Below are positions 28,052-38,687 of a stretch of 64,000 nucleotides of DNA, in pieces (position 1 is the stretch's first letter; each line of letters opens with the position of its first letter). The notes under the pieces were generated by a model. It saw only the letters and a list, made by a program, of their open reading frames with translations. It made no database searches and had not been told where the DNA came from. Source of the stretch: an uncultured Bdellovibrionales bacterium (lineage in GTDB: Bacteria; Bdellovibrionota_C; UBA2361; OMII01); assembly GCA_964654585.1 (NCBI GenBank), contig CAZZJR010000002.1, forward strand, positions 18,957 through 82,956, given 5' to 3'. Made by a program: the position numbers and the translations under genes.

Positions 28052-29632
28052 ATGCTTGAAAAATACAAGGCACCACCTGTTATGAACAGAAACCTTCGAA
28101 GCGACCTGACAGCCGGTTTCGTGGTATTCCTCATAGCCCTTCCCCTTAACCTCGGCATCGCGTTGGCTTCTAATGCCCCCATGGTTTCGGGCTTAGTGTC
28201 AGGTCTGGTAGCTGGGCTACTCGTGTCCCTGCTCTCGGGCAGCCAGCTCAGTATTAGCGGGCCATCCGCCGGTTTGGCGGCTTTCGTGGTGGCCGGCCAA
28301 CAGCTTCTCGGATCCTTTGAGGCGTTGCTCGCTGCGACAATACTCGCCGGAGCTTTACAAGTAGTTGCTGGCTTCCTGCGCGCTGGGTTTATGGCATCCC
28401 TCATCCCCGCAAGCGTTATTCAAGGCATGGTCTTCGGCATCGGGGTAATTATCATGTTCAAGCAGGTGCCCAACGCGTTAGGGCTTAAGGCGAATTTGCA
28501 CTTTGAAGAGAGCCTTCTCGGACTCTCGTCTCAATCGTACTGGCGCGATGCCGCTCAGATGTTTCACAACGCGACCTCTTCCCTGAATGAAGCGTCACTT
28601 ACCATCTTCTTCATCTCGCTCGCTCTGTTACTCTGGTGTGATAAGAAAGCAAAAAACGGCGTCAGGTTGATGACCTTTCTGCCAGCCCCCCTGGTCGCCG
28701 TATGCGTGGGTTCCACGCTCAACATCATCTTCGAGTTCCTTGGGCCCGGTAATGTGCTCGGAGAGGACCCTGCCCAGCACGTCAACATCCCGGTATTTTC
28801 TAAAATAGGGGAGTTTGTCTCGCTGCTGCCAACACTGAGCACCAGTGCTTTTGGTCGCTCTGATGTGTGGCAATTCGCCTGTATGCTGGCGGTAGTCGCC
28901 AGCATACAGGCTTTGCTCTCTCTTGAGGCTACCGACAAGCTTGATTCGCTCCGTCGACATTCTTCCCCAAATCGAGAATTAGTCGCTCAAGGCTTGGGGA
29001 ATATCGCAAGTGCAGCGATTGGCGGCCTTCCGATGACTTCTGTCATCATTCGTTCCTCAACGAACGTCTTTGCTGGCGCAACGTCTCGCTTCGCTTGCTT
29101 CTTTCATGGCTTCTTGCTGCTCATCGCTATTTTCCTGCTCCCGAAACTTATCAACTCGATTCCATTAGCGAGTCTAGGTGCTGTGCTTCTTACGATTGGA
29201 TACAGGCTCGCAAATCCAAAGCTCGCTCTAGCTTCATTCCGGAACGGGCCGGACCAATTCATCCCTTTTTGTGTGACAGCAATAGCCGTAGTTGCAGTGG
29301 ACCTCTTTCATGGAGTCCTTTTGGGAAGTGCAGTGGGCTTGCTGATCGTGCTTCGGATGAATTTTCACTCAGCATTCACCATCATTCGAGATGGAAATGA
29401 CTTTTTTGTGCGCTTTGCCAAAGATGTCACCTTCGTCCAAAAATCTATCCTTCGGAGGACGTTGGCAAGGATACCCGATCACTCCCGCGTTTTTATAGAT
29501 GGCGGGGGTGCGATGTTTATCGATTTCGATATTCGCGATGTTGTCGAAGATTTTATTGAGTCCGCGCGTCGGCGCAGCATCGATGTTTCTGTGTTAAACA
29601 TTCACGCCTACAAATCGCCGCTTTTTCTTTAA
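28052..29632 (+). CDS. SulP-family anion (bicarbonate/sulfate) transporter with C-terminal STAS domain
   Basis: N-terminal RSDLTAGFVVFLIALPLNLGIALAS and many TM helices, with a STAS-like tail. The start is uncertain (28001 GTG, 28052 or 28082 ATG). Confidence 0.8.
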   Translation: MLEKYKAPPVMNRNLRSDLTAGFVVFLIALPLNLGIALASNAPMVSGLVSGLVAGLLVSLLSGSQLSISGPSAGLAAFVVAGQQLLGSFEALLAATILAGALQVVAGFLRAGFMASLIPASVIQGMVFGIGVIIMFKQVPNALGLKANLHFEESLLGLSSQSYWRDAAQMFHNATSSLNEASLTIFFISLALLLWCDKKAKNGVRLMTFLPAPLVAVCVGSTLNIIFEFLGPGNVLGEDPAQHVNIPVFSKIGEFVSLLPTLSTSAFGRSDVWQFACMLAVVASIQALLSLEATDKLDSLRRHSSPNRELVAQGLGNIASAAIGGLPMTSVIIRSSTNVFAGATSRFACFFHGFLLLIAIFLLPKLINSIPLASLGAVLLTIGYRLANPKLALASFRNGPDQFIPFCVTAIAVVAVDLFHGVLLGSAVGLLIVLRMNFHSAFTIIRDGNDFFVRFAKDVTFVQKSILRRTLARIPDHSRVFIDGGGAMFIDFDIRDVVEDFIESARRRSIDVSVLNIHAYKSPLFL

Positions 29633-29641
29633 GGCACGGAA

Positions 29642-30280
29642 ATGAGCTCGTACAAGCGTCTCCTCCAAGCAAATCAGAATTGGGTTGAGCAGAAGCTCGC
29701 CCTGTCACCCTCCTTCTTCAAGGATCTCGCCAAAGAGCAGAAGCCGGAGTTTCTCTGGATCGGCTGCTCCGACAGCAGGGTTCCAGCGGAAGAGATCACC
29801 GGTACCCAGGCTGGTGAGATCTTCACCCACCGCAACATTGCAAACCTCGTAAACCCGACGGACATGAATCTCGGGAGCGTGCTTGCGTTCGCCGTCGACT
29901 ACCTGAAGGTTAACCACATCATCGTTTGTGGTCACTACGGGTGCGGCGGTGTTAAGGCGGCTCTCTCCAAGAACCGCTTCGGCATTTTAGACGAGTGGCT
30001 ACGTCAGATAAAAGACACCTACTACGCGAATCAAGATGAGGTGCGGGACGCTGGCGATTTCGACTACCAAGCGGACAAGCTCGTTGAGCTGAACATTCAC
30101 GAGCAGTTGCGCAACCTCGTCAAATCGCAAATTGTGCAGAAAGCCTGGGCCGAAGAGCGGCGGCCGACGCTTCACGGATGGGTATACAGCCTCGACGACG
30201 GTCGCCTTAAAAACCTTTACAAGATAGAGCCGGGCTCGCAAATTCATCGCATCTACCAGTTCGAGTTTGCCGCACCCTAA
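29642..30280 (+). CDS. can: beta-class carbonic anhydrase (copy 1)
   Basis: Close colinearity with E. coli Can: KPEFLWIGCSDSRVPAE, HRNIANLV, VCGHYGCGGV (Cys-His-Cys zinc ligands). Confidence 0.9.
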   Translation: MSSYKRLLQANQNWVEQKLALSPSFFKDLAKEQKPEFLWIGCSDSRVPAEEITGTQAGEIFTHRNIANLVNPTDMNLGSVLAFAVDYLKVNHIIVCGHYGCGGVKAALSKNRFGILDEWLRQIKDTYYANQDEVRDAGDFDYQADKLVELNIHEQLRNLVKSQIVQKAWAEERRPTLHGWVYSLDDGRLKNLYKIEPGSQIHRIYQFEFAAP

Positions 30281-30438
30281 AAAGCTATTTTTCTATGTCG
30301 ACAGCCTCACGCCATGTATTGCTTTGCCCTTTTTGGTTGTTACCCAACCCGTTTCGTGTGACAAACTCAGACTGAAAGCGCAAAACGGTTCTCGGAGAGC
30401 GCAAGCTTCTCCTGTCCAATCAGCCGAGTGGAGGTGCA

Positions 30439-31068
30439 ATGGATTCCTACAAAAGGCTTCTTCTCGCGAACAAGGCGTGGGTGCAGGAGAAGATTAACCT
30501 TGCGCCAGATTTCTTCTCAGAACTCGCTAAAGAGCAGAAGCCCGAATTCCTCTGGATTGGATGCTCTGACAGCCGCGTGCCGGCCGAAGAAGTGACAGGC
30601 ACTCAGCCTGGAGAGATTTTTTCGCACCGCAACATAGCTAATCTCGTCAACCACACAGACGTGAATTTTCACAGCGTCCTCTCCTTCGCTGTCGACCACC
30701 TGAAAGTCAAGCACGTGATCGTCTGCGGGCACTACGGCTGCGGCGGCGTCAAAGCCGCCCTGTCTCGCCACCGCTACGGCATACTCGACGAGTGGCTCAG
30801 GCAGATCAAAGACACGTACCACAACCACCAAGAGGAGGTTGATGCTGCCGGAGACTTCGAGAAGCAGGCCGACAAGCTAGTGGAGCTGAATATCCACGAG
30901 CAGCTCCGCAACCTGATGAAGACAAAAATTATCCAGAAGGCGTGGCTTGAGGACCGGCGGCCCACGCTGCATGGCTGGGTGTACGGGGTAAAGGACGGCC
31001 TGTTGAAGAGCCTCTACAAGATCGAGCCGGGCACCCCGATTCACGAGGTCTACCAATTTGAGTTTTAG
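30439..31068 (+). CDS. can: beta-class carbonic anhydrase (copy 2, tandem paralogue)
   Basis: Same motifs as copy 1, and most residues are identical to copy 1 over the full length. Confidence 0.9.
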   Translation: MDSYKRLLLANKAWVQEKINLAPDFFSELAKEQKPEFLWIGCSDSRVPAEEVTGTQPGEIFSHRNIANLVNHTDVNFHSVLSFAVDHLKVKHVIVCGHYGCGGVKAALSRHRYGILDEWLRQIKDTYHNHQEEVDAAGDFEKQADKLVELNIHEQLRNLMKTKIIQKAWLEDRRPTLHGWVYGVKDGLLKSLYKIEPGTPIHEVYQFEF

Positions 31069-31107
31069 TGGAGCATTGGCAGCTTTTTCTTCGCCGTGCT
31101 CGAGGCT

Positions 31108-31530
31108 CTAGCGGTACCAGTTGCCGAGCGTGTTCCCGTCGTACTCATAGCGCTTGAGCTCTGCGGGGGGATTTCCCGTCGGGCCTGCGTCTCGAATCTC
31201 GTCGCGGAGGCGATCGAGCTCTCGCTGGCGGTCGTAGAGCTCAGCCTGATTCTTCTGAATTTTAGCTACCCGCCGCTCACTTACCCGAGCATCACTGTGG
31301 TAGTCGATGATTGCACCGAGCGCGATTCCCACCGGAATTCCGATTGCTCCTCCGAGCAGCGCGCTGGTCGCTACATCTCCGTTGGCGATGACCGTGCCAA
31401 TAATTGCTCCCGTACCAGCTCCTGCAGCTGCCCCACCGAGACCGCCGTACGCAAGCGACTCACCGCTTGCACCGCACCCTGAAACGAGTAGTGAGCTTCC
31501 AGCAATGAGCGATATAAAGGCCTTCTTCAT
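31108..31530 (-). CDS. glycine-zipper lipoprotein
   Basis: Lipobox LLVSGC after a signal peptide. Gly/Ala-rich glycine-zipper segment (GGLGGAAAGAGTGAIIGTV...GGAIGIPVGIALGAII) followed by a charged coiled-coil tail. Confidence 0.7.
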   Translation of the reverse strand: MKKAFISLIAGSSLLVSGCGASGESLAYGGLGGAAAGAGTGAIIGTVIANGDVATSALLGGAIGIPVGIALGAIIDYHSDARVSERRVAKIQKNQAELYDRQRELDRLRDEIRDAGPTGNPPAELKRYEYDGNTLGNWYR

Positions 31531-31785
31531 GGGTAAACCTACAGCTACCTTGATTTCTCTATCTGTTATGGGTGACGTCTGCTGGCACGTTGCATTTAAA
31601 ACCTCTTTTTAGGCGGGAGGGGTTTGTTTCTGTATCGATCTGCATAGATAGTGTGAGGCATTTCAGGTAGATAGCAGTACTAGCTGATGCCCACACAGCT
31701 ACGAAAAAAAAGCCTCTCAGCCATGGTCGGTTGTACTCGCAACGGCGAGACACGCGGCCAGTAGAGGTCATCTAAAAAAGCAACG

Positions 31786-34554
31786 ATGCCAAAGAGTTCC
31801 CCTACAGCAGAACAGAAACGGATGCAGGAAGACGATCGGCGCTCCAAGAACTGGAAGCGCTGGGGCCCTTACCTGTCTGAGCGACAGTGGGGCACCGTCC
31901 GCGAGGACTACTCGCCGGACGGCTCTGTGTGGTCCTACTTTTCGCACGACCAGGCGCGCAGCCGCACGTACCGCTGGGGTGAAGACGGTTTGCTGGGAAT
32001 CAGCGACCGACAGTGCCGCATCTGCTTCGCTCCAGCCCTCTGGAACGGTAAAGATTCCATTCTCAAGGAACGGCTCTTCGGGCTGACCGGTGCCGAAGGC
32101 AACCACGGTGAAGACGTGAAGGAGTGCTACTACTACCTTGAGTCAACGCCGACGCACTCGTACATGCGGGCTCTCTACAAATACCCACAGCGCGAGTTCC
32201 CCTACGGTCAGCTCGTCGACGAGAATCGGCGCCGCAGCCGCAACGAGAGAGAGTTCGAGCTTATTGACTCGGGCGTGTTCGACAATAATGAGTACTTTGA
32301 TCTCTTCGTTGAGTACGCGAAGGCGGGACCGAACGACATCTTGATCAAGCTCACCATCCACAACCGTGCAGCTGTCGATGCGCCGCTCCACGTTCTCCCA
32401 ACGGTCTGGTTTCGGAATACCTGGAGCTGGGGAAGAACTGGTGAGGGGTACACCATTAAACCGCGCGTTTCGCTGCTCGACGATGACAGAATGCTGCTAG
32501 TGCATCCGCAGCTCGACCCATTCGTATTCCTGCCGGACCCCGCAAATGTTGCTGTCTATCCCACGCCACTCTTCACTGAAAACGAGACGAATCGCTGGCG
32601 CCTTTTCGGAGGCGAAAATGCTTCTTCGTATGTCAAGGATGCCTTCCACCGCTACCTCATTAACGGCGAGGAGCATGCGGTAAATCCAACTCTCTCCGGC
32701 ACTAAAGCGACCCTGATGTACCGGCTCACCGTGCCTGCGGAGGGCTCCTGCACCCTAAAATTCCGCCTGAAGTCATCCTCTACGCCCCACAAGGAGCGCT
32801 TTTCGAAGGATTTCGACAGAATCTTCGAGGCTCGCCGGCAGGAAAGCCGTGAATTCTACACCTCGCTCCTCCCGGCAACTTGCTCTGATGAGCAGCGCTC
32901 TGTGCTGGTGCAGTCGTACAGCGGCTTGCTGTGGACCAAGCAATTCTACTACTACTCCGTCCGCGAGTGGCTCGAGGGAGACCCCACCCAGCCTACCCCG
33001 GCATCACAGCGCCGCAAGCAGCGCAACAACGAGTGGGAGCACCTCTACAATCGCGACATCATCTCGGTCCCAGACAAATGGGAGTACCCCTGGTACGCGG
33101 CGTGGGATCTTGCCTTCCACATGCTGCCCTTCGCTCGCATCGACCCGAGTTTTGCCAAGCAACAGCTCCTGCTGATGCTGCGTGAGTGGTACATGCACCC
33201 GAACGGACAGATTCCCGCCTACGAGTTTGAGTTCTCAAACGTCAACCCGCCAGTTCATGCCTGGGCATGCTGGCGCGTGTACCAGATGACGAAGCAAGAT
33301 GGAAAGGGCGATGAGGTTTTTCTCAAGCGCGCCTTCTCCAAGCTGCTACTCAATTTTACCTGGTGGGTAAACCGCAAGGACACCCACGGCAAGAACCTCT
33401 TTACCGGCGGATTTCTTGGACTCGACAACATCGGGGTGTTCGACAGAAGCGCGCCGCTGCCGAAGGGAGGCTCCTTGCAGCAAGCGGATGCAACTGCGTG
33501 GATGGCTTTTTACTGTGCCACGATGCTCTCCATGGCTCTTGAGCTCGCTGCGAGCAACGAAGAGTACGAAGACCTAGCATCAAAATTCTTCGAGCATTTT
33601 ATATCGATCTCGGCGGCGATAAACCACTTTGGCGGCACTGGCTTGTGGGACCAGCTCGATGGCTTCTACTACGACCAACTTGAGCTTGAAAACACGAGCA
33701 TCCCTCTCCGAGTTCGCTCCCTCGTGGGCGTGATTCCTCTCTTTGCGGTTGAGGTCATGGACAACGCCACGGTGGACCGCCTCCCAGGTTTCAAGAAACG
33801 TCTTGAGTGGTTCATCGAAAATCATGCGGAGTTATCAAAGCAGATCGCGTACACCGACCACTCTGCGCAGATCGTAATCGGCGACAATGGCACTCGTGCG
33901 CCGGGAGGGGTGCGCTTGTTGGCTGTTCCGTCGGCAGAGCGGCTCAGCCGAATGCTCAAGTACATCTTGAACGAGTCGGAGTTTCTATCGCCGTACGGGA
34001 TGCGCTCACTCTCGAAGATACATGCTGAGTTCCCATACCGTCTCACCCTTGAAAACAGGGACTACGGGATCGACTATTGCCCCGGAGACTCAAACACCGA
34101 CTTCTTCGGAGGCAACTCGAACTGGCGCGGCCCTATTTGGTTCCCGATTAATGCGCTCCTCATAGAAGCTCTTGACCGATACCACAAGTTTTACGGTGAC
34201 AGCTTCAAGATAGAGTGCCCAACCGGCTCGGGCAAAATGATGAACCTCAAAGAAGTAGCCGATGAGATTTCACGGCGGCTGAGCTCCATCTTCATGCCAG
34301 GTGACGGCGGGAAGCGCCCCTGCCACGGCGATGAGCCGCGCTATGCGCAGGATCCTTTCTGGAGAGAGTTGGTCCTGTTCTTTGAGCATTTTCACGGGGA
34401 CAACGGTCGGGGCATCGGCGCGAGCCACCAGTCCGGCTGGACCTCTCTCGTTTCGCTCTGCATGGAGCGCATTATCGAACGAACAGACGCAGCGGATGTC
34501 GCGACCACTCAAGAGGGGCAACCCTCGGTAATCGACACAAAGACTGCCTCCTGA
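31786..34554 (+). CDS. large GH63-related (MGH1/YgjK-like) glucosidase-family protein
   Basis: The N-terminus ([38 protein letters not shown]) and the (alpha/alpha)6-type region ([28 protein letters not shown]) are characteristic of this widespread 'glucosidase' family. Confidence 0.7.
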   Translation: MPKSSPTAEQKRMQEDDRRSKNWKRWGPYLSERQWGTVREDYSPDGSVWSYFSHDQARSRTYRWGEDGLLGISDRQCRICFAPALWNGKDSILKERLFGLTGAEGNHGEDVKECYYYLESTPTHSYMRALYKYPQREFPYGQLVDENRRRSRNEREFELIDSGVFDNNEYFDLFVEYAKAGPNDILIKLTIHNRAAVDAPLHVLPTVWFRNTWSWGRTGEGYTIKPRVSLLDDDRMLLVHPQLDPFVFLPDPANVAVYPTPLFTENETNRWRLFGGENASSYVKDAFHRYLINGEEHAVNPTLSGTKATLMYRLTVPAEGSCTLKFRLKSSSTPHKERFSKDFDRIFEARRQESREFYTSLLPATCSDEQRSVLVQSYSGLLWTKQFYYYSVREWLEGDPTQPTPASQRRKQRNNEWEHLYNRDIISVPDKWEYPWYAAWDLAFHMLPFARIDPSFAKQQLLLMLREWYMHPNGQIPAYEFEFSNVNPPVHAWACWRVYQMTKQDGKGDEVFLKRAFSKLLLNFTWWVNRKDTHGKNLFTGGFLGLDNIGVFDRSAPLPKGGSLQQADATAWMAFYCATMLSMALELAASNEEYEDLASKFFEHFISISAAINHFGGTGLWDQLDGFYYDQLELENTSIPLRVRSLVGVIPLFAVEVMDNATVDRLPGFKKRLEWFIENHAELSKQIAYTDHSAQIVIGDNGTRAPGGVRLLAVPSAERLSRMLKYILNESEFLSPYGMRSLSKIHAEFPYRLTLENRDYGIDYCPGDSNTDFFGGNSNWRGPIWFPINALLIEALDRYHKFYGDSFKIECPTGSGKMMNLKEVADEISRRLSSIFMPGDGGKRPCHGDEPRYAQDPFWRELVLFFEHFHGDNGRGIGASHQSGWTSLVSLCMERIIERTDAADVATTQEGQPSVIDTKTAS

Positions 34555-35822
34555 AATGCGCTCGCCTCTTGCTGTGTAATATATACAGGGGGGAGGCCCG
34601 GAAAGTTAAAGATGTTACTCTCTCCACCTCCCCGAAGAAGTCGGTGCTCATGTTGGAACTTGTCGTAGAGCTGCCCCACAGAGAACGAACACTTCGTTCG
34701 GTGCACGACAAGCGACCTATTGCTCAGGCTTGGCGCGACCTGCTGCAGTACCTGGGCACCTGTCGGGTAGCCCGACGCTGTTGAGAGGTAGCCGAGCGAG
34801 GGAATGAGCGCGGCTCCCGCCGTGGCGAGAGCGATTACCACTCTTGCCATTGAAGAAAAAGGACTCAGGCCAAGTGAGACGATGCAGAGAAAGGGTACCT
34901 GCAGGAAGAAAAAATAACGTGGATGAAAGAATGACCCGCCCGCAAACGATAGTGTCGCTGCTAACCCAACTACTACTGCTACGAGCGTGATACATGAGCC
35001 AGCTAACGGCCACGAAGCCTGAATACTCGTCATCCCTGTGTCCGGCTGGCGAATAATTGCTGCGCTAAAAAGCAGCAAGAAGACGAGTCCCAGCACGACA
35101 AGCGAGTGCCCACTGAGCTGGTACGCTGCTACCAAGAGCGTTCCAGCGCCGGGCTCTGCTATCCAGCCGAAGCTTCGGTGTGAGGAGAGCTGCTGGTAGA
35201 GTGGGATAGCTAGCGGCGCCACGAGCACAGCGAACACGAAGCATCCTTTCAGCACCTCGATGAGCCGAGCCCGAAATCCTGCCAGGGCTATCAGGCACGT
35301 GGCTCCCACTACAAGCAGGCAGAAGTAGTGCAGTTGACAGGCAGCGGCGGAGAAAGCTCCCCACAGGAGGTACGACTTGCGCGAGGGCCGCTCCAGGAGC
35401 TGCCGGAGCAAGAGCCACGAGAGGAGCAGCGAAAGCTCCGCAAAGGGGTAAATACGGAGTTGGCGGGCATACAGAATATCGTGAAGCGAAACAGCTTTGA
35501 GAAGCAGCACAAAGAGCAAACTGCTGCTTGGGAGGAGTCCGCCGAGCAGTCGCCACACGACCCATAGCGAAGCAACGCTCGCGATCACTCCCGGCAGGCG
35601 CATGAGCACTGGGTCGTACGCGACGAAGCCACACCAGGCATGGAAGAATGCATTTCCAATCGGAGGGTTTGAGTCCAGCCCCGCATTACCGAAAATTGAC
35701 CTTAGAGGTATGCGCGAGAAGATTGCCGAGTACCCCTCATCGAGCGAGAACGACTGGTCGAGGAGCGAGAACGCTCTCAGCGCAAGCGCCATAGACACGA
35801 GTACCCAGGGAAATGTCCTCAT
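34509..35822 (-). CDS. polytopic membrane glycosyltransferase, GT39/GT83 (ArnT/PMT-like) family
   Basis: The N-terminal pattern RAFSLLDQSFSLDEGYS and many TM helices are typical of lipid-linked-sugar-dependent glycosyltransferases. The 3' end overlaps the convergent glucosidase gene by 46 bp. Confidence 0.55.
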   Translation of the reverse strand: MRTFPWVLVSMALALRAFSLLDQSFSLDEGYSAIFSRIPLRSIFGNAGLDSNPPIGNAFFHAWCGFVAYDPVLMRLPGVIASVASLWVVWRLLGGLLPSSSLLFVLLLKAVSLHDILYARQLRIYPFAELSLLLSWLLLRQLLERPSRKSYLLWGAFSAAACQLHYFCLLVVGATCLIALAGFRARLIEVLKGCFVFAVLVAPLAIPLYQQLSSHRSFGWIAEPGAGTLLVAAYQLSGHSLVVLGLVFLLLFSAAIIRQPDTGMTSIQASWPLAGSCITLVAVVVGLAATLSFAGGSFFHPRYFFFLQVPFLCIVSLGLSPFSSMARVVIALATAGAALIPSLGYLSTASGYPTGAQVLQQVAPSLSNRSLVVHRTKCSFSVGQLYDKFQHEHRLLRGGGESNIFNFPGLPPVYITQQEASAFQEAVFVSITEGCPS

Positions 35823-35869
35823 ACTAAGACGATACCGGTTTCTCGCGCGCCGGGCGACTGGGATACGAC

Positions 35870-37045
35870 CTACTCCAGCCTCTTTTCGATGTCCCGCAGC
35901 ACATTCATGAACGAGATAAAGGCCTCGTACGGGGAGTCAAACGGGCTAAAGTAGGAGTGCACAGAGCCATCGGCACCCGCTTTCGTCGACATGTAGTAAA
36001 CGTGATCCGATGTTTGGAGCCGTGACCAGGCCTCCAGAAGCCCTGCGTCGCCTGACTGCATCACGGCATTCTCAAGGGCGTACAGTCTAGACAGGCATCT
36101 CCGCTGCATGCTGTTACCATTCCATGCGCTATCATCTCGCGCTGCATCTGCCCAAGATGTCACTTGAGGGCTTGGTAGCGAGTCGCGTCTGTTTGAACGC
36201 TGGGCTGATTCCGTTGGGGTGGTTAAGCTCCACGAAGGCAGCGAGAGAACCGCTGCCGGCAATTCGGAGAGGAAGCGGAGGATCGTGCTACTTGTTGGCT
36301 GATGCTCGCCGAAGGTTTCGTAATCGAGAAAAATGCCCACCGTATCCGCATCAGCCGGTAATCCAGATAGCCGCCGCGCGAACTCCGTCGCTGTGAGCGC
36401 TTGGCCTGGTCCCTGCGCATTTCCAAAGCGGAAGCCGATGTCGTCGGAGAGACGGTAGTTTCGCAGCAGTAGGGCGATACCAGAGCCCGCCGCTGAAAAC
36501 GCTGCATTCGGAGAGCGCCAACCAAGCAATGACTCCGCTCCCTCTGCCAGGATCGCGCCAAACCCAAGCTCCGCAACCCGCCGTGCGATGGCGTCTGAGT
36601 AGAGCAGCTCCGTATTTCGAAAAGACGAGGGACTCTGTCCAAACAGAGTCCGTACCGTCTCGCGGTGCATACGCACCTGCCGATCAAACTCCGTGAAGCT
36701 GTAGAGTGCTGCCAGGGAGTGGTAGTACGTCTCGCAGAGAAACTCTACGTGCCCGGTGTCAGCAAGCCTGCGGAATGAGTCCAGGGCATCTGGAGCGTAC
36801 AGCTGCATCTGCTCAAGTGCTGTTCCCGTCATCGAGAACGCGACCTTACAGTCACCACGATGCTGCTTCACTGCCTGCATGATAATCTGGTTTGCCGGCA
36901 AGTAGCAGCGCTCAGCAGCGCGCTTCATCACGAGAGCGTTGAGGTCGTCATCGAAGTAGTGCGAGCCTGTGCCGGCTTCAAAGAAGGAGAACTTCCGGAT
37001 CCGAAACGGTTGGTGGACTTGGAAGTACAGGCTGACTGCCGGCAT
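35870..37045 (-). CDS. glycoside hydrolase family 57 protein
   Basis: The N-terminus SLYFQVHQPFRIR, and DYETFGEH with the catalytic Glu context, match GH57. Confidence 0.75.
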   Translation of the reverse strand: MPAVSLYFQVHQPFRIRKFSFFEAGTGSHYFDDDLNALVMKRAAERCYLPANQIIMQAVKQHRGDCKVAFSMTGTALEQMQLYAPDALDSFRRLADTGHVEFLCETYYHSLAALYSFTEFDRQVRMHRETVRTLFGQSPSSFRNTELLYSDAIARRVAELGFGAILAEGAESLLGWRSPNAAFSAAGSGIALLLRNYRLSDDIGFRFGNAQGPGQALTATEFARRLSGLPADADTVGIFLDYETFGEHQPTSSTILRFLSELPAAVLSLPSWSLTTPTESAQRSNRRDSLPSPQVTSWADAARDDSAWNGNSMQRRCLSRLYALENAVMQSGDAGLLEAWSRLQTSDHVYYMSTKAGADGSVHSYFSPFDSPYEAFISFMNVLRDIEKRLE

Positions 37046-37067
37046 ACGCCACCTCTCAGGCCCGTCG

Positions 37068-38435
37068 CTACAGCGCTACGTCTTGGTACACTGCAATCGT
37101 TTTCTGAGCTGCGGCGTCCCAGTGCAGCTTCTTTACCTCTTCGCGGGCTTTGCACATGAGCTCATGCCGCAGCTCTTCGTGTAACAGGGCGTTGATGATC
37201 ATGTCTGCCATGCGGTCGACATCCCAGAAATCTGCCTTGAGTGCGTGGTCGAGAACCTCAGCCACCCCTGATTGCTTTGAAATGATAGCCGGGGTCTCAA
37301 AGCTGATCGCTTCGAGAGCAGCTATGCCGAACGGCTCGGACACAGACGGCATCACGTAGAGGTCAGCTATCGAGAACATCTCCTCAAGCTCCTCCCCCTG
37401 AATAAATCCCGGAAACAGGAAGTGGTTTTGTAGGTGCAGCTCTTCCACTCGCTCAACGATCCCCGCCAACATGTCACCACTGCCGGCCATAACGAACAGC
37501 ACATCCGGTATGTGCGGTATAACGCGCGATGCTATGTCGACGAAGTAGCCCGGCCCTTTCTGGAACGTTATGCGCCCGAGGAAGAGCACCACATGTCGGG
37601 GCCAGGTTTTTTTGATCTTGTAGTCTTGCACTGCTTGCCGTGGGTAGATTCCGTTGTGAATCACCGTCACTTTCTCGGCTTGAACCCCGTGGTGATGCTC
37701 GAGCATACGCTTCGTGTAGTGGCTCACGACGATTACCCGATCGGCCGTTTCGACCCCAAATCGCTCTATTTCCTCTATCTGTTGGTTGATGTACAGACCG
37801 CTGCGATCGCGCTCTAGACTGTGCACATGCACTACGAGCGGCTTCCCTGTTAGTTGTGACAGCGCAACTCCCGCGGGAAACGTCATCCAGTCGTGCGCGT
37901 GTATCACATCGAACTCTTCGCTAGCGATGCGGGTGATGACGTTGCCAGTGAATCGCTCGACTTCACGGAAGATGTCCTCACCGTACGAACCGCTTGCTTC
38001 TGGAAAGAAATCCTCGCTGTAGAGCGCACTGATGAGGTCTACTCCGTAGACCTCTCCCTCAAGCAGCGCTTTGGCGACTTTATCTTCGTGACGGTCAGCT
38101 TTTTTCGGCTTCGACCGAAGGGCTGGCGAGGCCTGGGCGGCAGATTGGTACTGGCTCGGTGACCAGTACGGCTGGAGGAACGCCGGGATTCGAGTCGTCT
38201 CGAACGACGCATGCCTTTTCATCCAGCCGCCATCATCAGCAGTTGGTGAGGCAACTCTGCGAAGCTGGTCTGTAAGCAGCATGTGCCCCGCCTGCTCACC
38301 ACCAAACAGCTGCGGCACCACGAAATGGATTGAAACTCCCTGCTCGGCGAGCGCCCAAGTGAGTCCCTGACAAGCTGTCCCGAGGCCACCAGCGATGTGG
38401 GGCGGGTACTCCCAGCCAAGCATCAGGATCTTCAT
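37068..38435 (-). CDS. GT-B glycosyltransferase (GT4/GT5, glycogen-synthase-like)
   Basis: MKILMLGWEYPP...GGLG N-terminus and a C-terminal PS..EPFG...LEA motif. Lies 22 nt upstream of the GH57 gene on the same strand. Confidence 0.75.
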   Translation of the reverse strand: MKILMLGWEYPPHIAGGLGTACQGLTWALAEQGVSIHFVVPQLFGGEQAGHMLLTDQLRRVASPTADDGGWMKRHASFETTRIPAFLQPYWSPSQYQSAAQASPALRSKPKKADRHEDKVAKALLEGEVYGVDLISALYSEDFFPEASGSYGEDIFREVERFTGNVITRIASEEFDVIHAHDWMTFPAGVALSQLTGKPLVVHVHSLERDRSGLYINQQIEEIERFGVETADRVIVVSHYTKRMLEHHHGVQAEKVTVIHNGIYPRQAVQDYKIKKTWPRHVVLFLGRITFQKGPGYFVDIASRVIPHIPDVLFVMAGSGDMLAGIVERVEELHLQNHFLFPGFIQGEELEEMFSIADLYVMPSVSEPFGIAALEAISFETPAIISKQSGVAEVLDHALKADFWDVDRMADMIINALLHEELRHELMCKAREEVKKLHWDAAAQKTIAVYQDVAL

Positions 38436-38687
38436 AAGCGTGTCGACAGGTTACTCAACTCTTGCGAGGCGCGGATTATAGGGGGCGTTTGCGGCGAAGT
38501 CCACGTCGGGCAGATCCGGGTTCGAATTCTCGGCAACCGGCTCTCTCCCGCCAGTCTTTCAAGACCTGCTGAGTCCGAGCCGACCGATTCGCTCAAACAA
38601 TGTTTTTCAATCGGGCTCTGGTGTTGGAGAACTTCGTTTTGAGTGGTATAGCCTCCTGGTTTTGACTCGTTACCTTGGGGCATACCT

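Noticed and set aside
31583-31594. TGGCACGTTGCA, which looks like a sigma-54 promoter upstream of the glucosidase gene.
   Set aside because: The GG and GC elements are only 6 nt apart instead of the required 10, so the -24/-12 geometry is wrong.
38518-38529. GGGTTCGAATTC, a tRNA T-loop-like sequence in the GT4/glk intergenic region.
   Set aside because: The flanking bases do not form a T-stem, and no acceptor, D or anticodon arms can be drawn. It is not a tRNA or tmRNA.
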